DNA of 64,000 nucleotides. It comes from Malacoraja senta. Taxonomy: Eukaryota. The notes below the pieces were generated by a model. That model made no database searches and had not been told where the DNA came from. It saw only the letters and a program-made list of their open reading frames with translations. Numbering within the stretch: position 1 is the stretch's first letter; each line of letters starts with the position of its first letter. Positions 13,818 through 26,400 of this stretch are shown piece after piece. The stretch spans positions 17,114,001 to 17,178,000 of the forward strand of contig CM075988.1 of the NCBI GenBank assembly GCA_038087875.1. The letters run 5' to 3'. Made by a program: the position numbers and the translations under genes.

Positions 13818-15183
13818 ATCATCCAACAACTTATTTTTCATAAGAACCGTCTGATCAAGGTTCACTACTTGTCTCATGGTCCAGTGGCAAAACCCTACAT
13901 TCATCTCTATGGCACAGAATTTAAACCAAGTGGCCTTTCCACACTTCTCTTCCCGATTTTTATCTGAAAAAGAAAATTGAGCACAATTTTATGCTGTTTA
14001 ACTTTATCACAAACACCCATTGCATATCCAGGCACCACTTACAAATACTTGCAGGTGAAATCTTTCAAGAATTATGAGTTTTCAAACATTATATACTGGA
14101 AAAAACATGGGATGTTAATAAGTGAGAAAATTAATTTTAAAAAATCAATGCAAATCACATACGTAAACCTTTTTTGAACCCGTTTTGGGTAAAAGAGCAT
14201 AAGAAATTTGGCTATGATTTGAAAAATATGTTCAAAATACAACATTTACTGTAAAATCAAGGTATAAAAAGTATGACGGTTGAAATACATTATTTTGACT
14301 AGTTTATTTGATGAAAATTGCAAAATAGGTTTTATCAGTTATTGAGTTTATTATTACCATTGCACAACATGACATTATCAACACGTATAACATTATAACA
14401 TAATTAGGACTGCTGAAAATTGTCACCAATTGTGCAATTCCAAAAGTTAATTGCAATTTTAATTGCATTATAAAATAATGATGGAATGCCAGTATTATTG
14501 GAAGGAAAACAGAGGGAGGCCAGCAAAAAGGAGATGGTACAGAAGGGAGGGGTGAGCAGAAGAGAGTTAGTGAGGGGAGGAAAGGGAGAGCAAGGGAGCA
14601 GATGGAGGGGAAAACGAGGGAAGCAGATGAAGGGAAGGGGGGGGGGTGAGAGGGCAGGAGAAAGGAGGGAGAGCCAGGGGAACATGCACATTGAGGGATA
14701 GCGAGGGGACAGGAGTATTAATTCTCAGCAGATTCCATCCTTTGAGGGGAATGGGGGAAGAGGGGTTCTGGGCCACGTGCACCATTGGAGATGAGGGGTG
14801 GCACCAAGATTCTAGGCGGGTGCAGACAGGATGCCTTGAAAAAATGTTAAGACCATAAAATGGCTAAATATGAAAGCAGAAGCTTTGGCAGGTCTTCCTA
14901 TAGTCATCCTGAAACCCAACTACAGTATTTTAAAGATAAGGTTCTATCCCTTTTCATTCAATGCATTCTTTTTTTAAACTTGGTTTTGGCTTTGGGTGAT
15001 GCCAGCAAATATTGTCTTTCATGGATTGGTTTAAGGAACAGTGATCTCTTTTCATTTGTAATTTTATTCTTTACAACTGTTTGGGCCATTTTGTAGGACG
15101 CATGACCCACCACATCATGTGGAAATGGAGCCAGGCTTGGCCAACGATGTAAGCTTTCTTCTAGTTGGTATTTAAGGACAATT

Positions 15184-15569
15184 TAGACAATAGACAATAG
15201 ACAATAGGTGCAGGAGTAGGCCATTCGGCCCTTTGAGCCAGCACCGCCATTCAATGTGATCATGGCTGATCTTCCCCAATGAGTACCCCATTCCTGCCTT
15301 CTCCCCATATCCCCTAACTCCGCTATCTTTAAGAGCTCTCTCTTGAAAGTATCCAGAGAACCGGCCTCCACCGCCGGCAGAGAATTCCACAGATTCACAA
15401 CTCTCTGTATGAAAAAGTGTTTCCTCATTTCCGTTCTAAATGGCTTACTCCTTATTCTTAAACTGTGGCCCCTGGTTCTGGACTCCCCCAACATCGGGAA
15501 CATGTTTCCTGCCTCTAGCGTGTCCAAACCTTTAATAATCTTATATGTTTCAATAAGATCCCCTCTCAT
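15184..15569 (-). mobile_element. CR1 LINE 3' fragment
   Basis: Same CR1 ORF2 C-terminal motifs; (gacaata)n tail. Confidence 0.9.
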
Positions 15570-15720
15570 TTTGGTGGCCGTTTTATAGCCTTTCTGATGA
15601 TCTTACTGCTTCACAATTTCCTTCTCTTAACCTCATTATTTGCCTCAGTGGGCTTGGCATACAATCAATCAATGCTCAACAGCTAGTTTGGCATTATAGC
15701 CATTCCACTAATGTAGATAC

Positions 15721-15831
15721 CTTCTCTCCACTCAAGTCTTCTTCATCCTCACTGAGGTCAGCTAGGTTCAGGGATATCTTCTCTTCAAGTGCTCCCAGAA
15801 TGCCTTTTGTAAGGCCACCTGTTTTGGGGAT
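15721..15831 (-). CDS. CEP164: CEP164 exon (IPKTGGLTKGILGALEEKISLNLADLSEDEEDLSGEK)
   Basis: Resembles the CEP164 TKGLLG...E.K..LSL...acidic segment. Donor AAG|gtatct. The acceptor (ctgaag) is weak, so the 5' boundary is less certain. 111 nt, phase 0. Confidence 0.8.
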
Positions 15832-16145
15832 CTTCAGTGCCACATATGAACAAAATGGTTATTAGGCAGGCAATAACATTGTATTGAAATATTTAAACCC
15901 CTTTATCAAACTTGGATTACATTTATAATTACACAATGCCTGCCAATACAGACCAGTTTTCTTTTGACAGAAAACAATGGTAGAACACCAGTTTGATAGC
16001 TTCTGCTGAATATTTCATTAAATTGCTTTAACAAAATCAGAAAACTGGAGATTGCAAACCTCAACAACCTCTCCTAGATTTAATATTTAAAAGGTCACAT
16101 TTCAGAATTCTATGGGGTTTCTTAAGTGTATTAAAGCATCCTGTG

Positions 16146-17580
16146 GTAGACATAAAATGGCGGAGTAACTCAGGCAGGTGAGGCAGCATCTCTGGAGAGA
16201 AAGAATGGGTGACGTTACGGGACGAGACCCTTCTTCAGACTGATGTCAGGGGAGGGGGCGGCACAAAGATAGAATGTAGTCGGAGACAGTAAGACTAGTG
16301 AGTGAACTGGGAAGGGGAAGGGGATGTAGAGAGAAAGCAAGGGCTATCTGAAGTTAGAGAAGTCAATGTTCATACCGCTCATGTAGCGGAGGTTGAGTTC
16401 GGGGATAGAGCCAGTGTACGCCTGGAACAGGGATTGTTCCACATACTCTACAATGAGGCAGGCATAGCTAGGGCCCATGCGAGTGCACATAGCTACGCCT
16501 CGGATTTGGAGAAAGTGGGAGGAGTCGAAGGAGAAGTTGTTGAGGGTAAGGACCAGCTCTGTTAGGCAGTGAAGAGCATTGGTAGACGGAAATTGGCTAG
16601 TTCTCTGGTCGAGGAAGAAACGGAGGGCTTTAAGACCCTCCTGGTGGGGGATGGAGGTGTAGAGTGACAGGACATCCATAGTAAAGAAGAGGGAGTGGGG
16701 GCCTGGAAAATGGAAGTCGTTGAGGAGAAGAGCGTGTGAGGTGTCTTGGACATAGGTAGGGAGGGATTGGACCAGGGGGGATAGGATGGAGTCGAGGTAT
16801 GTGGAAATTAATTCGGTGGGATATGAACAAACAGAAACAATGGGTCTGCCAGGATAGCTCTGTTTGTGGATTTTGGGGAGAAGATAAAATTGGGCCATGC
16901 AGGGCTGGGGAACGATAAGGTTGGAGGCTTCAGAGGGCAGAGTGCCGGAAGTGATTAAATCAGTAATGGTGCTTGAGATTAAGGCCTATTGCTCGTCTGT
17001 GGGGTCATGGTCCAAGGATAAGTAGGAGGAGGTGTCGGAGAGTTGTCGCCTGACTACCTCGCGAGCCAGACTACCACGGCACCTCCCTTGTTGGCAGGTT
17101 CGATTATCCAGTCAGGGTTGCCGCAGAGTGAGTGGGGGGGGGGGGGAGAGGTTAGAGTGAGTAAGTAGAGTGGAAAATTTGAGGCGGTTGATTTCACGCC
17201 GGTAGTTGGAAATAAAAAGCTCTAAAGAAGGTAAAGGGCCATCCAGGGGAGTCCAAGAGGAGGGGGTTCGTTGGAGACGGGAGAAGAGGTTATCACTGGG
17301 TGGTGAGGACTACTTCCCATAGAAAAAAGGCACGGAGGCAGAGGCGACGGAAGAAGAGCTCTACATCGTGGTGGACTCGGAACTTGTTGAGGTGGGGGCA
17401 GAGGGGAACAAAGGTGAGGCCTCTGCTGAGGACAGACCGTTCCGTATCAGAAAGTGGGAAGTCAAGGGGGTGGGGATGGAGAACACAAGGCAAGGTTGGG
17501 GTTGGGGTCGGATGAGGGCAGGTGAGTAGGTGAGCGAGTCCATCTAGGAGGGAAAATTCTGATTTAAAACCTCCACTGCC
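16146..17580 (-). mobile_element. Penelope-like retroelement, deleted (partial RT plus pseudo-LTR)
   Basis: FYLLPKIHK..PGRPIVS, TMDV.SLYTSIPH.EG, GVAM.TRMGPSYA and VLSRGLTFVP are Penelope RT motifs. The RT is joined directly to the terminal repeat at ~16380. Confidence 0.9.
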
Positions 17581-18189
17581 GTGTGGCCATATCCAGTCAT
17601 GGAAAAGGCTCCAGGAGTAAACCTCAAGAAAACCCGGAGTCGGAGCCCCTAAGGCAGTTCGTCGTTGTCTACAACCTCGCTCTGGCAGCTCCTGCGATGG
17701 CGCTGGTGTCAAACTGTAACGGCCCTGCTGTTCCTTTGGATCGATCAGCGACGTGGAGAGGGGGGACGTGCTGCATGGGCAACAGCCTGTCCTCCAAATG
17801 ACATCGCCCAGATTTGCATCCGACCAGGATGCATCACCCATGGTCAGTCATGACCGAGAGGGGCCTACTACTACTATGACAAGGTAGGTATTATTGGGAG
17901 GCCCCAAGCAGAGCCAAAGCTGGTCCAAGACTCCTCAAACTGAAGCAGTAATTGAAACTCAGTCTGAATAAAACTACGCACTTTTTTAGAAAAGTACAAT
18001 GCTGCTGAAGGCGGCCTAAAGTTCAGTGAAGAAGAAGTTCCACAATGGTTGGTCTAACTTTGGCAAAAGTAAAACATCAGTTGGCAGCAAGCTCTCCTTT
18101 GAATCAAAAGGATCCAAATTCAAATCTGTCGTGTGAGATTTGTGCACAAATACCAAGACTGACACTCCAGGCAGTATTGTAGACGGTGC

Positions 18190-18342
18190 GGTCTTAGGAG
18201 GAAACCAGAGCACCCGGAGGAAACCCACTCAGTCAAAGGGAATATGTGCAAACTCCACACAGACAACACTCGAGGTCAGGATCAATGACAAGCCTCTGGT
18301 GCTGTGAGGTAGTAGCTCTCTCAGCTGCAACACTGTGCTGCC
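18190..18342 (-). mobile_element. Partial V-SINE
   Basis: Reverse complement of the head/core: gagcacccggaggaaaccca...gtgcaaactccacacagaca. Confidence 0.7.
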
Positions 18343-18432
18343 CTATGTTATGAGTGCCATTCATAGTCAATTTCTGTGTATAGTTCTAACTCTGAAATAA
18401 ACCAACCTACAATGTAATCTGGCATTTATTAC

Positions 18433-18600
18433 CCCAAATGTGGGAGAACTTCCGAGCGAACTCTTCATCAGCCCCCTGGTCGTTGCAGATGTATTGCCCA
18501 ATGACCCACAGAGCGTACTTGCTGAGAACTCCCCAAGGCCACGAAGTGGAGCAAGGCTTCCTTGAGGTGCCATCACCAGCATCGGTGGAATATTCAGTGC
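18433..18600 (-). CDS. CEP164: CEP164 exon (ALNIPPMLVMAPQGSLAPLRGLGEFSASTLCGSLG...SSPTFG)
   Basis: Acceptor tttttcacag, donor GGG|gtaata; 168 nt, phase 0; LAPLRGL motif as in CEP164. Confidence 0.9.
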
Positions 18601-19035
18601 CTGTGAAAAATAAAGATAGAGACACGGGTGATAGCATTGTGACAATCGCACAAAATGGATGATAGAAAGCTTAGAAGTATGTGACCTAGTACCAATGTGT
18701 TAAAAGTCGTGCTGTTAAATGATATCCATACCAAAATCTATGTTAAACCAAACAAATCTAAAACACTTATATTTCTACCATCTGTTCCCAACAACATTAA
18801 CTTCTACCCAGACACTATACAAAACATACAAAGAATTTACCCATACCTATTACCCATGAAGAATTGGAAGACTTCAATTCACAAGGCTATTCAACGATAA
18901 AGGAAAACTCATTGTAAAGCCTGATCCTGCCTATTGCATGCACCTGCTGCAAGCTCTGCATTAAAGTAGGATTCAGAAGTTATTTTCTGGACCGAACACA
19001 GAAATCCTTGAACTGACTATTGGATTGTTTAATTT

Positions 19036-19256
19036 AAGAAAGAACTGCAGATTCTGGAAAAATCGAAGGTAGGCAAAAATGCTGGAGAAATTCAGTGGGT
19101 GAGGCAGCATCTATGGAGCGAAGGAATAGGTGACGTTTCGGGTCAAGACCCTTCTTCAGACACTTGAAGAAGGGTCTCGACCCGAAACGTCACTTATTTC
19201 CTTCGCTCCATAGATGCTGCCTCACCCGCTGAGTTTCTCCAGCATTTTTGTCTACA
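19036..19256. mobile_element. Palindromic non-autonomous element made of inverted Penelope-type terminal repeats
   Basis: Arms ~19070-19160 and ~19164-19256 are reverse complements and share sequence with the 16146-16245 end of the Penelope element. Confidence 0.8.
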
Positions 19257-20366
19257 TTGGATTGTTTAGAATCGTCACTACATGGGGCACAGTTTTCACA
19301 ATTATAAAACAATCTCTGGCGCAGACAGGATTTCTGGAAGTCCTACACACTTGCAAGACATTGATTGCTGAACTATTGTGGATTCTTGCATTCCGACCTA
19401 CACTTCATGGCAGTTAAAACTCACCTCCCTGGAGCGCTGAAGTTTTGCACATTATGGCAAACACAATTGACTGGTTTTCTTGAATTCTACAGCCTGAATT
19501 GAAGTCGAAGTAAAATCAGTACAGTAACTATCATTCTGTGATCAATAAGTTGTATTATCGATTAAACCCAAATGCTAAATTATCTTTCTCCACTATCCTG
19601 CTGTAGGGAGTATCTCCTGGTTTTAGTTTGGATTTCTGACACCTGTCATTTTTTTATTAACCACTTATTGTGAAATGGAAATCTGACAGCAAAAGTTGAA
19701 AATCAATAAAACTGCACGTTTGAAATAAAAACAGATAATGCCAGAAAATCAACCAACATCAGAGCTGACTTTTTCTCTTTTCACTGATGTTTCCTAACCT
19801 GCAGAGTGTTTCCACCATTAAATAAAACACTATGAATAAGAACCATTTCCATTTACATGGTTAACTAGTCCATGCAGTGTATGTATACTCATGCCACAGA
19901 TTAATAGTCTTAATGTTTAAATCAAATATCAATCTGCTAAATGACCATATCAAATAGGCTGCTTCATCACCTAATTATTCTCAAGTCGAAAAGCACATTC
20001 AAAATTATGGCTCGTCCAATCTGTACTTTGAAACCTGTTCTTACTCTGGGAATGCTTCCTTACCCCTTCATATTTCAGAGACTAAAATCTTCACTGTTGA
20101 CACACAGAGGGTTGAGATAGATACATGTTTCCAAATAGATCTCTATTACTGCCTGAACATTCAGAATTCATCACACATACTTAGGTCAAAGCTTTGCTGG
20201 ATTTGCCCAGTAGGTCACATCATCGGTTTGCTAACTATCAGGTCTGAATTAGTCTCTTTGCCCTTGCCTACCCTCCTTTCACCCAAGATAATAGCTCCCT
20301 GTTTGGGTGTGATCAAATGCAAATAACAATTTGTTTCAAAGACAGACACAAAATGCTGGAGTAACT

Positions 20367-20402
20367 CAGCAGGACAGGCAAACTAAATATTTTAATTTAT
20401 AT

Positions 20403-20436
<34 letters not shown>

Positions 20437-20464
20437 TAAAATATTTAGTTTGCCTGTCCTGCTG
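20367..20464. repeat. Near-perfect 98-bp palindrome centred on (AT)n
   Basis: cagcaggacaggcaaactaaatattttaatttat-(AT)n-ataaattaaaatatttagtttgcctgtcctgctg. Confidence 0.9.
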
Positions 20465-21366
20465 TGTGTGTGCATACTCTGATCAATGGTCTTTCATCTG
20501 AAATGGAAACATATTCTCCCTCCACAGATGTAATGCAGTCTTGTTAGATCTTTTGAGCATTTCCAATTTTACTTTATCTGTCCAGCAGCTGCAGTATTTT
20601 TATAATTCTTATGCAGTAATATCTCGAACAAGTGTCTGTGGAAAACTGCTGCTTAATTTCTCTCTATTTAACCTGAAAGTGGTGAGACATTGCTAATTAC
20701 AATGTCCTCTATTGTTGCCACGATAGAGGCAAGTTGCTTCAGTCCAAGGATGAATGTGGAACTTTGGTGGTTTGCTGGCTCAGCAACATATGGGGTTAAA
20801 TTGCTTCATCACTGGGTAAAGCAAAGAAACATTTTCTAAGTAGGTTAATGCACTGCAGCATATTTCACAAGTACAGATCGGAAACATAACCCAGATAAAA
20901 TGTTGAGTAGTGAGGGTTGGAGTTAGATAATTTGATCAGTAATTACACGGCTAGGCAGTACATTACTCAGTATTCAGTCAATCCATTAAAATACTGCAGT
21001 CCAATTTTTCGTACAGCAGACTGTTTTAAATTTGCCTTCTGCATTATATGGGGAGCAATTAATTTACCAGATTTTAAGTCCCTTCAATCTTGCAATAACA
21101 ATTCAGGAAATGTATTCTACACAATGGGTTGTTATTATGATTCAACTAAATGAAGATGGGCATTGATGTTGGCATAACAACCCACAGGAGAAAAGCATCA
21201 TTTGGGAACATAGCTTTGTTAGATAATGAATCAATGACACATCAGTGTGAGTTGAACCTCTGTTCAGAGTTAGCTGTCCTTTGGCGAGATGGAAAGAGGT
21301 GCAATGGCATTATGACATTTACAAATCTGCCCTTACACATGGAAAAAAGGAAACTGAGGTCATACC

Positions 21367-21519
21367 CTTTAAAAAATCTGACAATGTGCCCTTAACCACA
21401 CGTGATTTTTTTCTATCACAAATCTCAAAGTGTGTACAGAGGCAAATAAACAAATCTCAGAGTACAGAGGCAAATAAATAAATGATGGGTCTTTGTCCCA
21501 AACATTATGGAGGGCACTG
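21367..21519. mobile_element. Isolated TIR fragment of the same Tc1 family as 27329-28778
   Basis: Reverse complement of the 27329-27460 TIR, ending ...ATTATGGAGGGCACTG|TA. Confidence 0.8.
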
Positions 21520-21790
21520 TAAATAGGCCCTTTGACCCAACTTGCCCATGCCGACCAAGATGCCCCATCTACACTAGTTCCACCTGCTAGTGTTTGGCCC
21601 ATATTCTTCTAAACCTTTCCTATCCATATCCAAATGTCTTTTAAATGTTGTTATACTACCTGGCTGAACCACCTCCTCTGGCAGATCATTCCATTTCCCC
21701 ACCATGTGTGAAAAAACATTCCCCTCAGGTTCCTATTAAGTTTTTTCCCTCTCACTTTAAACCTATGTCTTCTGATTCTTGATTCCATTT
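21520..21790 (-). mobile_element. CR1 LINE 3' fragment
   Basis: SRIRRHRFKVRGKKLNRNLRGMFF in ORF 21651-21944. Confidence 0.7.
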
Positions 21791-23967
21791 GTGAGGAATT
21801 GTTTTTCAGGAGCAGGCATGGGAGAAAATCTTGAATAAAATGGGCAAATGATTGTAACAAGTTCTTGTTCCATTCCTTCACAGAACCATCAGTTATTATA
21901 AATGTGCAAAATGGATCTGCAGAACCAGCCCATTTGCTCCACACCTAATTCTGAACTATCTCGACTGGTGTCAGTATAATTCATTGGAAACAGAACTCTC
22001 CGCTTGGAACATTTATCTGACTGTTTGTCCAGTATCCACTAAAAATGTACTCCAACTAAATATTGCGTACCCAAAAACTGTTGTGTTCAGATTTCCCAAA
22101 ACTCCGTAAAGAGCGTGGGAGCGGGGGAGATCAGGCACCCATATTTAAACCAATCCGACCCTAAACCATTTTATTCCCTACCTCTTGCATCCTTCTCACT
22201 TGTTAACACTACAAAATGGATTCTATTCCTGATCCATCAAAGACATTTCTATCTCTTGTACTTCATCATCCTTGTTCAATAATGTCACTCAAATATCTTT
22301 TCCCCCTTATCTTGTGCACATGAATGTTCAGAATATTAAGTGCCTGATTCCATTCTTAGCTGGCAGCTGATGTTAGTTAGCACTTTTGTATAAGATTTCC
22401 AAAGAGCAATTTGTGGCTGCAGCTCATCAGCCTTATTCGTCACCTTGAGTTTACACATGTGTGCACTTCAAAACTGTCTCCATGGCCCATCATCACTTTT
22501 AGCACAACTGCCTACACGAGTGTGAACTTTCTCACTCCTTAAGTGTGTTCTATTCCTCACTTCTGTGCCAGTGTCCATGCCTTGTGTCCATCATCTAGCC
22601 AAATTTATCTCACCACACTATTGACCTACCTTATTTTTTCATCCTTCTTGAGGAAGGTGACTTCAGATTAGAGAGGCTCTTCAGTGCCTCCCACGCACAA
22701 AGCGAGACAACCCAAATGCAACATCCAAATATCACTCCAACGATTGGACAATTTTGTTTCCTATACCACAAAAGGATCCCATTTCTCTGTTCGCTAAACA
22801 TTGTCTCTCATAATTTTGTCAGCTCATCCAGAAATTGTAGCGTAATTGAAAGTATCTTTCTAGAAAAAACATTCCTGCTTCACTATGTAATTCCGGAGGG
22901 ATTCCATATACTGAGAAAATAAGTGTTAGAAGGCTTCTCACGCATGGATGCAACCACTGCCTAGCTGGGCCCCGTCTTCAGGAAGAATTAGCGCATATCA
23001 TTCGAGTATAGAAATGCTGGCTGCGCTTACCTCAGCATCATGAAGCCAACTGCACCTTCACAATGTGTAGGAAGATACTGCAGATGCTGGTTTACACTGA
23101 AGCTGGACACAAAATGCTGGAGTAACTTTTGACCCGCTGAGATACTCCAGCATTTTATCTGCACCTTCACAATGGCTGCCTCTTGCCAAGATTTCCATAA
23201 TTTGAAACAAAATTGCACAACTCTCAGGTCTGATGAGATTATGGATTCTCCAGGCCCCAAAAACACAATGAAAAGAGTTACAAGGCTAGAAATTATCACT
23301 GGCAGCAGGAGGTAACTACGGTGATATAACGTTGGTAGCATAGCATTTCACCTTCACAAAGGAGTTGATCCATTTAATTAATTATATCTATTTTTAACGG
23401 TTTCTTCCATTATTATAGTATATACTTCAAACTAGAGGCTCATTGATAAGTTTTTGACAGCGATTCACTTGGAATATGCTCCTGCAGTTTACAAATGGAA
23501 ATCTGAAATGAAATTACTGTCCTATAATTATTCATTACTATTTAGCACCTACCATGTATTATACCTCATTTAAAATCAATATTTGCAATTACCAGACAAT
23601 TACATCAAAAAGGCTAAAAATACACTGTCAGATGCACGTACAGGCAATACATACGATGAAATATATGAAAGTCGATCTAATTCAGTCGGTGTCAGCTATG
23701 GTGACAATAGTAGTACCACAATATCTAAAATTTTGTACACCAAGAATAAACAATGTAGCCGGAAATCAAGAACAAATACCAAATTCTGCAAATATTCGGA
23801 TTAAAGAGAAGAGAACGGAAGTTTATTGGGGAAAAAACTGCTGGCAAGAAGTGCTGGTTCAGCTTTGAGCTGTCCAAATTGCAGTAAGTCTCAGACTTAT
23901 GAACAAGCGTGTGATGTACTGACTGCCAAATGGCATTGCATCTGTCATGGCTTGTTGTTGGACTATA

Positions 23968-25553
23968 CAGTGCATTCAGAAAGTATTCAGACCCCTTCAC
24001 TTTTACCACATTTTGTTACTTTGCAGCCTTATTCTAAAATTGATTAAAAAAATTTGTTATCATCAATCTACACACAATACCCCATTATAAAAAAGCGAAA
24101 ACAGGTGTTTAGAAATTTTTGCAAATTAAAAACTAATAACTGAAATATCACATTACATTCAGACCCTTTACTCAGTACTTCGTTGAGGCATCTTGGGCAG
24201 CGATTACAGCCTCAAGTCTTCTTGGGTATGACGCAACAAGTTTGGCACACCTGTTTGTGGGTAATTCCTCCCGTTCTTCTCTGCAGATCCTCTCAAGCTC
24301 TGACAGGTTGGATGGGGAGCGTCGATGCACAGCTATTTTCAGGTCCCTCCCGAGATGGTCTATCAGGATCAAGTCTGGGTCCTGGCTGGGCCACTCAAGA
24401 ACATTCACAGACTTGTCATGAAGCCACTCCTGCATTGTCTTGGCTGTGTGCTTAGGGTCGTTGTCCTATTGGAAGGTGAACCTCCGCCCCAGTCTGAGGT
24501 CCAGAATGCTCTGGAGCAGGTTTTCATCAAGGATCTCTCTGTACTTTGCTGCGTTCATCTTTCCCTCGATCCAGACTAGGCTCCCAGTTCCTGCCGCTGA
24601 AAAACATCCCTACAGCATGATGCTGCCACCACCACCGTAGGTATGGTAATGGCCAGGTGATGAGTGGTGCCTGGTTTCCTCCAGACGTGACGCTTGGCAT
24701 TCAGGCTAAAGAGTTCAATCTTGGTTTCATCAGACCAGAGAATCTTGTTTATCATGTCTTTTGGCAAACTCCAAGCGGGCTGTCATGTGCCTTTTACTGA
24801 GGAGTAGCTTCCGATTGGCCACTCTACCACAAAAGCCTGATTGGTGGAGTGCTGCAGGTATAGTTGTCCTTCTGGAAGGTTCTCCCATCTCCACAGAGGA
24901 ACTCTGTCAGAGTGACCATCGGATTCTTGGTCACCTCCCTGACCGAGGCCCTTCTCCCCCGATTGCTCAGTTTGGCTGGGCGGCCAGCTCTATGAAGAGT
25001 CCTGGTGGTTCCAAAGTTCTTCCATTTAAGAATGACTGAGGCCACTGTGCTCTTTGGGTCCTGCAATGTTGCAGAAATTGTTTTATACCCTTCCCCAGAT
25101 CTGTGTCTCGACACAATCCTGTCTCGGAGGTCTACGGACAATTCCTTCCTCTTCATGGCTTGGTTTTTGCTGACATGCACTGTCAACTGTGGGACCTTAT
25201 ATAGACAAATCATGCCTTTCCAAATCATGTCCAATCAATTTAATTTACCACTAGTGGACTCCAATCAAGTTGTAGAAACATCTCAAGGATAATCAATGGA
25301 AACAGGATGAACCTAAGCTCAATTTTGAATGTCATAGCAAAGGTTCTAAATATTTATGTAAATGTGATATTTCAGTTATTTCTTTTTAATTACTTTGCAA
25401 AAATTTCTAAACACCTGTTTTCGCTTCTTCATTCTGGGGTATTGTGCGTATATTGATGATAAAAAAAATGAATTTAATCCATTTTAAAATAAGGCTGTAA
25501 CGTAACCAAATGTGGAAAAAGTGAAGGGATTTGAATACTTTCTGAATGCACTG
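23968..25553 (-). mobile_element. Tc1-family DNA transposon (long IR/DR-type TIRs), degenerate transposase ~24172-25156
   Basis: TA|CAGTGCATTCAGAAAGTATTC...GAATACTTTCTGAATGCACTG|TA; ~200-bp TIRs; fragments MKRKELSVDLRDRIV, ILWSDETKIELF, LEWPSQDPDL; frameshifted. Confidence 0.95.
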
Positions 25554-25822
25554 TACAAATTTTACTGGGTCTAAGTAGCCATTCACTCCCTACACGAGAT
25601 CCAAGGATTAAAAAAGGAATTTTTAATATATTTTTCATGTCTGATTTTAACTTTTAATAGATCTTTGACGTCGCCAACTGTCGAGAAATCTAGAAACTAC
25701 TGAAATGTCTCGAGGAACAAGGATCCTTCCCCAGGTTTGCCTGCTAGTGCACGTCAAAGGCATTTCTGCTAATGGAGACCTAGTCACTCCTAGATCCTGC
25801 TGCCATGATAAATGTGTGTAGA

Positions 25823-25967
25823 GAGTGGCGGACTGGCCAGGGTGTCAGCTTGCCCGATAGCAAGTGGGCCCCTGATGAAGTGGGCCCCCTATATCAAGTG
25901 GGCCCCTGATGAAGTGGGCCCCCTTTGTCTCCTGGCAACCAATATTTTTAGACCCAGTCCACCACTG
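25823..25967. mobile_element. Short hAT-like MITE
   Basis: Ends gAGTGGCGGACTGG / CCAGTCCACCACTG; flanks tgtgtaga and tgtgagga (6/8 match); three internal AAGTGGGCCCC-type repeats plus a fourth copy. Confidence 0.6.
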
Positions 25968-26039
25968 TGTGAGGAGCCAATGCAACCAGCCACAAATGGT
26001 GGACATGTACGACTATAGCATTCTTCATACTTGTTCTGG

Positions 26040-26400
26040 CAAGTACACCCAAAGTATAGTTGGCATTGTATTGTAAAAAAACAACACAGCTAATTTTCAC
26101 ACATCAAACAAAAAAAAATCCACACAACAAACAAAAGCATAACAATGGCTAGATAATTTATTCTGATATTTTGTTGAGGGAGGGATAAATATTGGCTAGG
26201 TCACAGCGGATAATTAATTTGCTTGGCTTGGTTATTGTATCATTGAACTTTATGTTCAATTGAAAGACCAAAAGCTGTCTCGGCTTAACCCCCCCCCCCC
26301 CCCCCTCCTCTCCCAATCCCCAAATAGTGTTGCACTGGGAGTATCTGCATAGACTTTTCATCTCAAGTCTAAAGAGTCCAGACTAAGGTATTCATCTCAG
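26040..26400 (-). mobile_element. Ancient Deu-domain-like SINE remnant (similar remnant at ~8080-8350 on +)
   Basis: gagggataaatattggctagg and flanks resemble the DeuSINE core; highly degraded. Confidence 0.45.

Noticed and set aside
15832..15843. Non-canonical TG acceptor extending the exon by Ala-Leu-Lys
   Set aside because: An in-phase canonical AG is available at 15832-15833; this cannot be decided without transcripts.
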